Under the pieces are notes generated by a model, which was given only the letters and a program-made list of their open reading frames with translations, made no database searches and was not told the origin of the DNA. A DNA stretch of 64,000 bases, from the NCBI GenBank assembly GCA_964016885.1, contig OZ024741.1:120218001-120282000 (forward strand), in the 5' to 3' direction. A program made the translations under genes and the position numbers. Positions 34,348 to 46,545 of the stretch are shown here, one piece after another. This DNA is from Eledone cirrhosa. Its lineage: Eukaryota. The first letter of the stretch is position 1; every line of letters begins with the position of its first letter.

Positions 34348-37300
34348 TTGCTTTATTAACCACAAGGGTTTACATAAAGTAGACATTAAGGACAGTGCAG
34401 GACAATGCAGGACGGTACAAATGGGCATTTCTGCGTGTAAAAAACAAAAACAGAGGATGTAACAAAAATAACAATGAAAATAACAATGAAATATTCCCCA
34501 ATAGGGGGGAGACTTCGGAGGGACATTTGTGGAGAAAGTCCAGTAAAAAGCCACAATGACCCTGACCACCAAGGCAAGTGCCCTCTCCCAGTTTTCCACC
34601 TTTAATTTACAGATATATACTCAGAGTAGGCCCATTCACTCGGGCCATTCTTGCTTCTCTCACCCATCTTTCAACAAAATGCTGGGAAGAGAGCACTTCC
34701 CTCTCTACTCTGATTTTCCTTTTCAAATGAAATTTGAAAAAGTCAATCAGAGCATCACCGAAGAGATAAGTGCTCGTTTTCAGCCCTTTCAAACGTGTCC
34801 ACCATACTATCTCTTTCGCCATGGCCACCAGACAGATAAAAACTGCCTGCCCTTCCCGGCTAAAGTAGGAGGGCGGGGCAATCCTCACGATGGACTCAGA
34901 AGATAGCCGGATCCGTCCTAAACGCGACAGCAGGTGTTCGACATAAACCCACAAGTCAGCAATTTTCGGACACTGGACGAGTGCGTGCAGGACGGTTTCG
35001 TCGCCCTGTGCACATCTCGGACATGCCCGGCTGACGGCACCTCCATGCCTGTAGAGTTTATCCCGAACTGGCAAGGCTCCTCGGTAGCACTGCCAGGCCA
35101 GAGATTTCTGGAAGTTGTCCATAGGCCCTGGCCCGAAAGTTCTTCCGAAGAGATTGGCTAGTTGATTTTCGTCGACGCCTAGAGTTTCCCAAGTACATCG
35201 TCGCTCTTCCCCTCCACTAATCCTCTATAGAACGCCGAGGTGGAGTTTCCACCGATCACATTGCCCGATTGGTCGAGGGCTGTGAGCGCCTGAAGACATT
35301 CCAGTCTCCAGGCGCTCCCTCTCGGTCTTCGCTTGACCCAGGACTGTAGCTCCGTCAAGGAAACGAGCTGGGGAAATACGTGTCTAGCAAACGGCGACCA
35401 CACCTGATCACCGTCGAGGAAGAGGTGGAGATGTCGTAGCCTGAGCGCGTGCCTGCGCATCATCAGCCACGGCATGCCCAGCCCTCCACGTAGCGGGTGT
35501 TGACAACAGATGGACCGCCTAACCATCGGAGCGCGTCCCTTCCACAAAAAGCGAAAGAGCAAACGCTCCAGCGCAGTCAGGCGAGGCTTAGGACAAGGTA
35601 CGACGGTCAGGCGGTAGCAGATGACAGACGCGATGTACGCGTTAGCCACCTCCGCTCGACCTTTCAGGGATAGCTTCCTCTCCGCCCATTTCTGGGTGAG
35701 AGAAGCCACCCTGCTCGTCACCTCGTCACAGTTTTTGTCCGTCTGGAGGTCCGGACCGAACCAGACCCCTAGCAATTTAACCGGTCCGTCCGTCCAACGC
35801 CCGACGACGCTGTTGGACGGCATGGACCTGCCTCTCCAGGTGCCGAGCTGCAGGCCCACTGACTTTTCCTGGTTGATCATTGCTCCTGTCACCGCTTCGT
35901 ATTCTCTTAGTGTAGTGCCGATCGCCTCGATGTGTTTGGCGTTCGACACCACTACGGTGACATCGTCCGCATATGCTGACACGGATCTTCCGCATCCTAG
36001 TTCGCGCGGGACGCCCCTCAACGTCTCCAGTTTGTGCAGTAATGGCTCGAGAGTCAATACGTACAAGAGGGACGAGAGGGGACATCCTTGGCGGACCGAG
36101 CGAATGATGTTGAACGGTTCCGACAGGTGACCGTTCACTCTCACCACAGAGCAGATGTCGCTGTGCATAGCAGCGATCCAGCCTCTGAAGACGGGCCCAA
36201 AGCCAGCCGCCCTCAGGACTGCCGCTAGGTAACGATGGTCAACCCTATCGAAAGCTTTCGATGATCTAAATTGATCAAGGACCCACCCGTGCCAGGTTCC
36301 CTAGCTACCCTCTCTACGATGTATCGCATGAGGTGGAGGTTGTCGTGGATGGATCTGTCGGGAATGGCGCATGTCTGCGCCTCTCCCACCAGACCACCAA
36401 CGACAAGTGCCAAAGTCTTTGCTAGCACCTTGGCCAAAATCTTGAACTCTGTGTTTAGCAGAGTTATGGGCCGGAAATTACCTATGTTATCCCCCTTGTT
36501 CGGATCCTTTCTCAGCAGTGCCACCGCTCCTCGGCTCACAGAACTGGGAATTCTCCCGTTCTGTTGCCAGTTGTAGTAGACGTCCGCCAAGAGGCCTCCG
36601 AACAAGTCTGGCATCTGTACGTAAAGTTCATAGGGCAGACCATCCAAACCAGGCGATTTACCCCTTGTGCAGCCAGTCATTGCCTCCCTTACTTCAGCGG
36701 CTGTTATCGGCTTTTCGCAACACTTCGCCTCAGTGGCCGAGAGCCGCGGCAGTCCGTCGAGGTAGACACTAAAGTCCATCCCTCGACCCGGCCCACCGCT
36801 GCCCCCGAACGGCTGAGCGAAGTGTCGCTGAAAAGCTTCACACATTTGCCCGGGATCGAGTAGCATGCGCCCGTCGTGGTCCAACAAAGACCGGATCGTG
36901 GCTTAATTGCCACGACGCGCCTCCTCTACTCGGGCCCATTGAACGGCTTTCGTCCCCTCGTGTCTGAGAGCACGCACCCTAGCTCTGACAACGCAGCCTT
37001 CGTGCTTTGCATTGAAAAATTGGTCAAGGGCCAATTTCGCCGCAAGTACGTCGGTCGTGATGCCTTTGCTAAGCGCCTCATCTAATTTTCTAACTAATTC
37101 TCCCTCTGCTCTAATTTTTTCTATTGCTAAAGCCTTACTAAACCTAATGGACTCTATTCTAATTGCTCTTTTCAGAGCAAACCACCACTTGTTGTTGACG
37201 ATGGCCCCCGTCAACGCCCGCTTAACTAGTTCGCTAATCTGGTCACTGTAGGCCTTGCGCGCTGGTAAGGACGCGTTTAGCTTCCAGTAGCCGGGTCCTC

Positions 37301-38990
37301 GTCTATGAAGCCTATCTACGTCAAGCACACAGATCACGAATTTGTGGTCTGTGTAGCTGGCTATCTTGAATTGTGGACAGCCTATGCTAGACCTATCTAT
37401 TTCCCTACAAAATTCTATATCTAGATATGATCTGGATGACCCTATGCGATTTGTCCAAGTCCACATTGGCACATTCGGGAAATCCAATCAGTACCTGTCA
37501 GACAGTTCAAAACGCCTGAGCAGGTTGGTGAGGCTCTTGCACCCTCCACCCCTATCCACTAATCCCACACAGTCCCAGCGTGCATCTAAGATCCCGTTCC
37601 AGTCGCCCACTAACACTAAAGAGCGGGACGTTCCAAGAAAGGTCTCCAGACGCCGGAAGAAATCAGGCCGCCCTGCTCCTGTCGGGGCATAGACGGCCAC
37701 TAGCCTGAAATCTTGCCCGTCTCCGCTGGCCACGTCCAGCACCACCAACTTACCCTCTGGGTCCAGGAAGATTGCCCGTATGGCGAGATCCAAACCTCTC
37801 CGTAAAAGCACAGCAACTCCTTCCCCCGATTCTGGACGGCTGGGAGATGCGTACACATCGTAGCCGCCGAAGATCGGTGCGAAGGCCCGTGCTTCGGAGA
37901 TTCTGGTCTCGCTGATGGCCACTACATCTATGTTTAGTGACCTGAGGTCGTTGAGCAGGTGACCCTGCTTCCATGACGACCCCAAGCCACGCGCATTTAT
38001 GCTGCCTATTCTGAGTGAGGTCATGTTTAAAATAGAGTGGAAAAGATGGGAAAGACCACTTACCGTACTTTTGGTAGAGGAGGGATGGTTTTTACATCCC
38101 TTTTCACTTGATCGTCTGGTGAAGGGACCGTTGAATCGTCCCTTCGGCTGGTCATCGGCTCTTCTATGAGTATGTCCGAATATACTCTTCGGTTGATAGT
38201 TCCTCCTAGGTCTCTGAAATCACCAACTGCTTTGGGGAATTTCGTTTTAATGTTTGTGTATTGTTTCTGTGCTATTTTTAGCAGTCTTATGTTAGTTGGC
38301 GTTTTGATTGGTGCTGGTATTATGTAGTCGTGTTGTGAAATGTCTGTGTTCAATTATGTAAGTCATTAGTTTCTTGTTGTGTGTATTTATTGCCGTGCAT
38401 TTGTTTTTCTGGGGGTGGGGTGTGGTTCTGCTATTTTCTTGTCGTTGTTGCTGGCTGTGTGTGTTTTGTTGTTGTGTTTGCGATGTTGGTGCTTGTGGTG
38501 GTGGTGTTGAAGGTGTTGTTGGCGGTGGGGTTGTCGCCGGTGGTGATGGTGGTGCTAGTGTGGGTGGTGATGGTGTTGGTGGTGTTGCTGCTGTGAGTCT
38601 CTTTGCAGTAGACTCTACCCTTTTTTCATTTCTTTCCTCCCTTTTCAAAGGCGACGATGCGCTGCTTCTGCGTTTGTGCCTTCTTACGACCTTTTGCCTT
38701 CCCTCTCCCACCTCACACTCCATGTCTGATTCTGTGAGGTCGGGGAGGGCTACCAGCTCCACTCGTTCACTTGTTGTTGTTGGTGATGTTTGCACTGGAG
38801 TCTCTGTTGCAGCTGCATTTGGTATTGCTGTTGTTGTTGTTAATACTTCCACTGTTGCTGCTGTTTTTGATTTCCGTGGCGTGGGTTTGGGTGCCACGGA
38901 CCTATCGTTCCTGGTTGCCGGTTTCGGAAGGAGGGGGGTTTTCTTCTTTCTCGGGGTCTTCTCGTTGCAGAAGGCCCTGAGGTGAGTCTT
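34308..38990 (-). mobile_element. Tx1 copy 5, 5'-truncated within ORF1; ORF2 (34607-38024) close to copy 1 but with stops and frameshifts
   Basis: ORFs 37488-38024, 36903-37487, 36225-36887, 35179-36168 and 34607-35122 are collinear with ORF2; (ATT)n tail. Confidence 0.92.
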
Positions 38991-39115
38991 CGATCCGTAA
39001 GGATGAAAGGCAAAGTTAACCTTGGCGGGATTTGAACTCGGAATGGCAAGGGCCGTAACTCTATACGTCAAAGCATGGCGTCCGACCCTCTACCAATACT
39101 GCCAATCCACCGCCC
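38990..39115 (-). mobile_element. 5' half of the split SINE
   Basis: Complete tRNA-like head with A and B boxes; breaks off at ggatcga. Confidence 0.82.
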
Positions 39116-39496
39116 TTATATAATAAAAATAATAATGCTTAGCCATGTGTAAACCCTAGGAGGTCTGTTTTTGTTTGCATGTATTATGTAATAAAACCGT
39201 TAGCACTATCAATTTCTTCCTCAGCAGTCCAAGAAAGAATTTATCAATTTACCAAAGTATTTGCCATTTTAAACAGTCGCCCGCTTCATTCTAGTAGTGA
39301 GTTATATATTATTATCATAACAAATGCGAAAGTAAAACGTGTTTTAGGCTTGTTTACTTTGTCTTATTGGTGTTGATAAGAAGGGTGTCATTAACATTCC
39401 ATCCGGCAGACTGAAGCCATGATTCTGCCATTTTGAATTACAAATATAATGCATAAATTATTTCAATTACAATCTATATATTCTTTCTTATATTCT

Positions 39497-39600
39497 ATTA
39501 CTAGTATTAATCAGTTAATTGCGGCCATGTTTTGATTGCTATTTGTTTTATCAAATAGCAATCAAAACATGGCCGCAATTAACTGATTAATACTAGTAAT
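39497..39600. repeat. Perfect 49-bp inverted repeat with a 6-nt loop
   Basis: 39497-39545 is the exact reverse complement of 39552-39600. Confidence 0.92.
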
Positions 39601-40302
39601 TTACAAATTTACTCATCATAAACACACTGTAAACACACACACACACATATGCATACGCAAATACACACACACGCACTTACACACTTAAACACACGCAAAC
39701 ACACACACATATATATTTATATAAGTGCATATAAAACGAGCTTCCGTATAGTTCCCCTCTTCCAAATTCCAGTCACAAGGCTATAATAGAAGTTATTTGA
39801 TACCTAGAAAACACACTGTGCGACTCTTCCTTCTATCTTTCTACAAACAAGTCATCATTAAATATGTAGTAATTGAATTTTAGATGAAAGTATTTGTGGA
39901 GCTGAAAGTCAAAAGATGACATGGTCATATATATTGCTAATTAAAAATGAAAGTATGTCCTAAGCCAGTGGTTCCCAAACTTTTTTCTCTGGATCGCATT
40001 TTCGGAATTAAAATTTGCTCGCGCCTCACCTTATTTTATGGGATAAAAAATACATTTAAAAATAAAAAAAACAACGACTAATACTGAGTTAAATATAATA
40101 TATAACATAAATAACTTATAATAGGATTAAAGTACATAAATTTAGTGAAAGGTACGAGTTTGCTTTTGACGAGTAATCTCCTTTATATTAATTTGAGATA
40201 AACAAACTCTCATCTCATCAACACAAAGCAGCCTTTCCCTTTTTGGGGTTTTGATATTTGTCAGAACTGAAAATCCTGGTTATTATATTCTTAGTACTTA
40301 GT

Positions 40303-40503
40303 CCGGTGGATTGGCAGTATCGGTAGAGGGTAAGACGCCATGCTTTGCAGCATAGAGTTACGGCCCTTTATCGCACCGAGGTTAACTTTGCCTTTCATTC
40401 TTACGAGGTCGATAAAATAAAGCACCAGTAACGTACTGGGATCGATTTAATCGACTTTTCCCTCCACCCAAATTACTGGCCTTCTGCCTATACTAGAAAT
40501 CAT
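40303..40503 (+). mobile_element. SINE (longer 3' variant) nested in the hAT element
   Basis: Family consensus; 18-bp TSD attatattcttagtactt. Confidence 0.85.
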
Positions 40504-40522
40504 TATATTCTTAGTACTTGAT

Positions 40523-40708
40523 ATAATTGTTTCTACTTTTGGCACAAGGCCAGAAATTACCCAGTACATTACTGGTACTTTATTTTATCGACCCTGTAAG
40601 GATGAAAGGCAAAGTGAACCTCGACGGGATTTGAATTCAGACCCTAATGGGACGTAACTATGCTAGAAAGCATGGCATCCAACCCTCTACCAATACTGCC
40701 AATTCACC
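40523..40708 (-). mobile_element. SINE nested in the hAT element
   Basis: Family consensus. Confidence 0.85.
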
Positions 40709-41135
40709 CTCATTGATAAAATCTGTCAAAGATTATTTTTTACTATTTATACTGGGACTCATAAATGCAATTACAAGTAATCCACAATAATATTTTAAAT
40801 TTTAAAATCATATATATTTTTGGTATATGATTTTTTTGAAACTGTTTCTAAACCTTTGATTGTCTTTCAATCATTCCGCCTCACCTGGTATTCTCTTCCA
40901 CCTTGGAGGCACGCCTCACCGTTTCGGAATCACTGTCCTAATCTCTTAGGCTCCTAATGTCGCATCTTATACTGGTTTCATTGATATTAAACAACAAAGA
41001 GTAAAATACTACCCCTGGATGAGATGCTAGACAATTGTAATGTTAATCTCCACGGCTGTTAATGGTACGTATTTCTTTTCAGATAAGTAGACATAACACT
41101 GACATTTACAGATATTGTACTTTTCAAGCCTAGCG

Positions 41136-41398
41136 ACCTACCTACCTTCCTACCTTCCTACCTACCTACCTACCTACCTACTTACCTACCTATCTTCCTA
41201 CCTACCTACTTACCTACCTACTTACTTACCTACATACATATATACCTACTACCTACCTACCGACCTAATAACATACCTACTTGCCTACTTGCCTACGTAC
41301 ATACATACATACATACATACATACATACATACATACATACATACATACATACATACATACATACATACATACATACATACATACATACATACATACAT
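41136..41398. repeat. (ACCT)n grading into (ACAT)n
   Basis: Read directly from the sequence. Confidence 0.92.
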
Positions 41399-43864
41399 AA
41401 GAAAACACCAGGAAGAGACATGATTGTCGGCTACTGGTACAAAAAACTGATTTTCTTTCGGAGGTATCTTACTGACCTCTACCAAAAAGTTCTTAAGGGA
41501 GATACACTTATACCAGAATGGTTGACATTAGCACAAACATTACTGGTCCCCAAGAATAAAGACACCCATTTGGCAAAAAACTACCGACCCATTGCATGCC
41601 AGAACCTGATGTATAAATGTATACAGCCTGCCTGAACCTATTCCTCCAAGATCACTGTGAAAATAATAACATCATCACAGATGAACGAGCAGCTGGAAAG
41701 AAAGGGGTCTGGGGATGTGCTGAACAACTCCTAATCAACAAAACTGCGATTAATATAACTACAGTCTGGCTGGACTACAGGAAAGCTTTCGATTCTGTTC
41801 CTCACTCTTGGCTGATAGAGGCCCTCCAACTTGCTAAAGTCCCAGACATTATTGTCAGAGCCATAGAGAAGCTGTCTTCTTCTTGGGCTACTATCCTAAG
41901 GTTAAAGACAGAGAGGGAGGACTCTATTTTCACTGATAAAATAAAATATTGCAGGGATATCTTTCAGGGGGACAGTCTCTCTGTGATATTATTCATCTTG
42001 TCATTAAACCCCTTGTCCTTTCTGCTCAAGAAATGTGAGGGATACATCATTGGCTCACAGGAGGACAGAAATACGAACCTAACCCATAATTTCTTTGTGG
42101 ACGATCTGAAACTCTATGCCAAGAACATGGATGGGATGAAGAAAAAGCTTGACCTGGTTACAACGTTCTCAAAGGATATAGGAATGGAGTTTGGCCAAGA
42201 TAAATGCTCATACATGACTATAAAGCGGGGAAAAACAACAACCCAATCTAGCAACATTGTCATCAATGGCCTAACTGTTTCACCGATATCTGATGAGGAC
42301 TGCTACAGATACCTGGGGATAGATGAGAACATATCCTATAATGGTATCTGTAATAAAGAACGCGTAACCAGGGAATGCTACACCCGATTAAGAAAGATCT
42401 GGTCATCAGAACTCTCTGCGCAAAACAAAACAGTGGCTCACAATGTGTTTGCTGTGCCTGTCCTAACACCAACGTTTGGAATATTCAATTGGACGATAGA
42501 CGAAATCTGAGCAGTTGATGTTGGAACTCGAAAAATACACCACATCAACAGTGACATAGACCGCCTTTACTTGAAAGTAAGCAGGGAGGCAGAGGCCTAA
42601 CATAAGTCCAGACAACATTTGAATGTCGCATCATATCTCTCCGACAACATCTACGAACCTCGAAGCGTAGAAGCCCGCTTCTCGAGCAAGTCTATCTGCA
42701 TGAAACAGATAAGATCATGAGAGTTGGGAAGGAACTCCTTGAGAGATATTCCCTGTGTGATAATCAAAAACTCACACCAGGGATGTCGCTCAGCAGTATC
42801 GCAGTGAATCCATGGATGAAAAACTGCATGCCTATCAGCAAAAATCATGCATGGATATGTTGCCAGGAAGCTCCAGAGTGAGAGTAATATAAATAAGGAA
42901 AGTAGTCTATCTTGGACCAAGAACCGCTATATTGGCTCCCACTTTGAAAGATACGCTTTTGCAATCCAGGAACAGGAGATTAGCACGAAATACCTGATTC
43001 ACAAAAGAGATAGGGATGCAGGCAAAACACCTAGATGTGATAACAAGTGCAGACTCTGCAGAACTAACATCGAGGATATCACCCATGTCATCAGCAGCTG
43101 TCCAAAGATGTTATCGCGGTACTATCTACCTATGGGGCATGATGTAGTGGTCAAAACACTGTACAATGCAGTTCGTAAAAAAGAAAGCCCCGATAATAAA
43201 TACATTAAAAGCTACAACAATGTGGAAGTCATCTATGTACATAATATGAAAGAGTACTGGTGGAATGTTCGAGTAAAAACCCCAATAAAATGCAGGCATA
43301 ACAGACCAGATATTATGATATGGGAGAGGGAGAAGAAAACATGCACAGTAGTGGAAATTAGCTGTCCAGCAGATGCCAATATAATATCAAAGATTAGTGA
43401 AAAGGAGAATATGTATGCAGAACTGATGAGAAATCTGCAGATACTCCACCCTGATTACACCTTCAGATTTATGCCTGTGATTATTGGGGAACTGGGATAT
43501 GTTAGTAACTGCCTCAATACAAATCTTGAGAAGCTAGGCTTCACAGGAACAGAAAGAACACAACTAGTTAGGAAATTACAAGTACAATCCATTAATGGAA
43601 CAGTAAAAATATGTAAAATATTCTAAAAATGTTGCATCTAATAACTGCATATACACATGTACAGATACCAAGCATATACACATGCACACATACAACTCAA
43701 AACATACACATACACACATACAATAACATCCATATCTACATATGCATGCATACATATCTACCTAGTAGATTTGTGTAAATTCCAATGAGAGAGTCTTGTG
43801 TCTATGTTAGAAACCGACTCTCTCTCTATTGGTAAAACTTTGTGAAATTATAAAACCAGAAGAA
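41399..43864 (+). mobile_element. R4/Dong-clade RLE LINE, 5'-truncated and disrupted
   Basis: RT KAFDSVPH, FQGDSLS, FFVDDLKLY; CRLC..EDITHVISSC; RPDIMIW..VEISCP; (ACAT)n on both sides. Confidence 0.9.
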
Positions 43865-46545
43865 CATATATACATACATACATACATACATACATACATA
43901 CATACATACATACATACATACATACATACATACATACATGGTGGCTGCCAACTCGTTTTCGAGTACGGCCACTACTTTATATCCATGTAGGAGAACCCCT
44001 ACCGATGCGCTGAACGAGTGTGGCTTTTTAGTCCAGCCAGCGACTTGAAAACTCTGGTACAAACACTACACTTGTGACAATTATTGACACCTAGTGCTGG
44101 GCCCATGGCACCATGTGACCCAAGGTGTCGTGTGAGATCACTACTCGACCTGCATACCCTTCCACAAACATCACATGTCGTCGTCTGATGAACACTTATA
44201 GCTCCACAGGTGCCTGCTTCCCTGTGCTTGTGCACTCTCAGGTGACTCTTTAGACCTGCCATGCTCAGACAAACCCTATTACAGGTCTCACATGTCAGGT
44301 CAGGCCGTCTGTCAGTGCCTTCGGGAAGGCCAACATGGATTCCTTTCTGGACATCTCTTTTTAGTGTCGCGTACCTTCTTCTTGTTTCCTTAAATATACT
44401 CTTGCCACTAGCCACTGCTTTCCTCCAATGCGATCGCTCGCTAGCGCATGCTTCCCAGTGGTCACAAGGGATGTTACTTTTCTTGACCGTCCCCTTGATG
44501 CAGTCCTTAAAACGCATCTTGGGTTTGCTCGCGTTCCTTTTTCCCATTTGGAGCTCGCCATAAAGCAGCTGCTTCGGCATTCGCTTGTCATTCATCCTTA
44601 CAAGATGACCTGTCCAGCGCAGCTGATGTTTCAAAATCAAGGACTCGACACTATCACAGCCACAAACATTTGCCAAGTTATGTCGAGAATCCGACGTAAG
44701 CAGTACTGGTGGAACCTCTCAAGTCGCTTCATCTGTCTACAGTAGACCACCCACGTCTCACAAGCATAAAGAAGTGCCGCGAGCACACACGCATGATACA
44801 CTTTGAGCTTTGTCTTTACCGAAATTCCGTGTTGAGACCAGAGACGCTTGTTCGGTTTTCCAAAAGCATCACTGGCTTTCTGTATCCTGTTTGATATTTC
44901 CCCATCAAGATCGCAGGACATACTCAGAGTGCTTCCAAGATATACAAAACTGCCAACGACCCTTAGCCGTTCACCATAAACCAAGATGTTGGGCTCACAA
45001 CATGGCTTCCCAGGGGCTGGTTGGTACATGGCTACTGTCTTTTTCAGACTTGTGGTAAGTCCCAATGCAGTACACGCATTAGAAAACGCATTCATGAGAT
45101 GCTGCATATCAATCCGTGTGCGCTACCAGGTCACAGTCATCTGCATAAAGCAAATCCCTGATTAGTGACAAGTGAACCTTTGACTTAGCATTGAACCTCC
45201 TGATATTAAACAGCTTTCCAGTTGATCGATAGCGAACATATATACCATGATTGCAGTTGTAGAAGGCCTGTTCGAAGACAATGGAGAAGTACAAAGCAAA
45301 GAGCATTGGAGCTGGAATGTCACCCTGTTTGACTCCATTCTCGACCGTCACCGGCTCAGAGAGCTTTCCACCAACATTTACTCATGCCTTCATGTCATCA
45401 TGGAACAAACGCAAAATGGAAACAAACTTCTCAGGGCACCCCAGATTCCTCAAGATATCCATAAAGCCTTTCTGTTGGCCGTGTCAAACACCTTTGTCAG
45501 ATCAACAAACACCTGGTAGAGATCCACATTCTGCTCAACACACTTTTCCTGCAGTTGTCTGGCTGTAAAGATCATGTCCACAGTGCCACGCCCAGCCCGA
45601 AAGCCCGATTGCGACTCTGGTAGAGCTTCATCAGCAATGGGGAGCAATAGACGGTCCAACAGAATTCTACAGAGAACTTTGCCGACAACAGACAACAGTG
45701 ATATCCCACGATAGTTTCCGCAGTCATCCCTGTCTCCCTTTCCCTTGTACAAAACAACCATCACAGCATCCTTCCAGTCATCGGGAACATGATTGTTGTT
45801 CCAGGCATCCAGAACCAAAGAATGAAGTTGGTGCACGAGATTCTCTCCACCGTGCTTCAAGATTTCAGCAGACAGCCCATCCAATCCAGGCGACTTCCCA
45901 CCAATGAGTTTCCTGACAGCACTTTTAACCTCCTCGATCGTTGGAGGCTCAGCAAGGATTTCCTTTACTGGCTTATCAGGTATGGACCTGATAAACTCTT
46001 CGTCAACCTCTGAATCCCTATTGAGAAGCTCGTCAAAGTGTTCCCACCATCTCAACAGGATATCATTGGGATCTCTAAGGAGCTGGTTGCCAACCTTTGT
46101 CCTAAGAGGCGCAACTGGTGATATAGGTGGTCCATACACTTCACGAAGAAGATTATACATTGCCTTAACGTCCTTCACATCCGACGCAAGTTGTATTTTA
46201 TCGGCTTTGTCATTCCACCACTTATTCTTCATTTCACGCAATTTTCGTTGCACATCAGCTTTTACGAGCTTCAGCTTATCAGCGATTGCCTTCTGCCGAT
46301 CGGTGCCAAGCAATGCGGAGTGGAGCATATGTTTCTCCTCCAAAAGCTTGTCTATAAGCTTGTCATTTTGGTCAAACCAATCCTGATGCTTCTTATCTGT
46401 GAATCCAACAACATCAGCACATGCCCCATAAACTGCCTCCTTAAAGGAAGTCCAGTCATTTCCGCACTCTAACGCATCCATCTTTTTAACCAGATTTTCT
46501 CTGACTTCAGGATCCTTCAGACGGGCAACGTTCAGCCGTTTCAGA
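43865..46545 (-). mobile_element. RTE-clade LINE, 5'-truncated and frameshifted, with three C-terminal C2H2 fingers and an (ATGT)n tail
   Basis: KHQDWFDQND, RQLQEKCVEQN, LLYADD, QLRWTGHLVRM..PKQLLYGEL..RFKD. Confidence 0.92.

Larger units (their letters stand above)
39966..40935 (-). mobile_element. hAT (Charlie-like) non-autonomous DNA transposon
   Basis: TIRs cagtggttcccaaac / gtttcggaatcactg; 8-bp TSD tcctaagc/tcctaatc; minus-strand remnant GFSVLTNIKTPKRERL..EMRVCLS of the hAT dimerisation domain (~40190-40278). Confidence 0.85.

Noticed and set aside
38980-39115. SINE-head/Tx1 template-switch chimera, and the 259-aa ORF 38292-39071
   Set aside because: The missing SINE 3' half lies on the other side of the Tx1 (34244-34307), so this is an insertion into a SINE; the ORF is fortuitous read-through
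42290-43435. CTGATGAG motifs at ~42290 and ~43423 as hammerheads
   Set aside because: Inside R4 coding sequence with no stem II, GAAA and stem I arrangement
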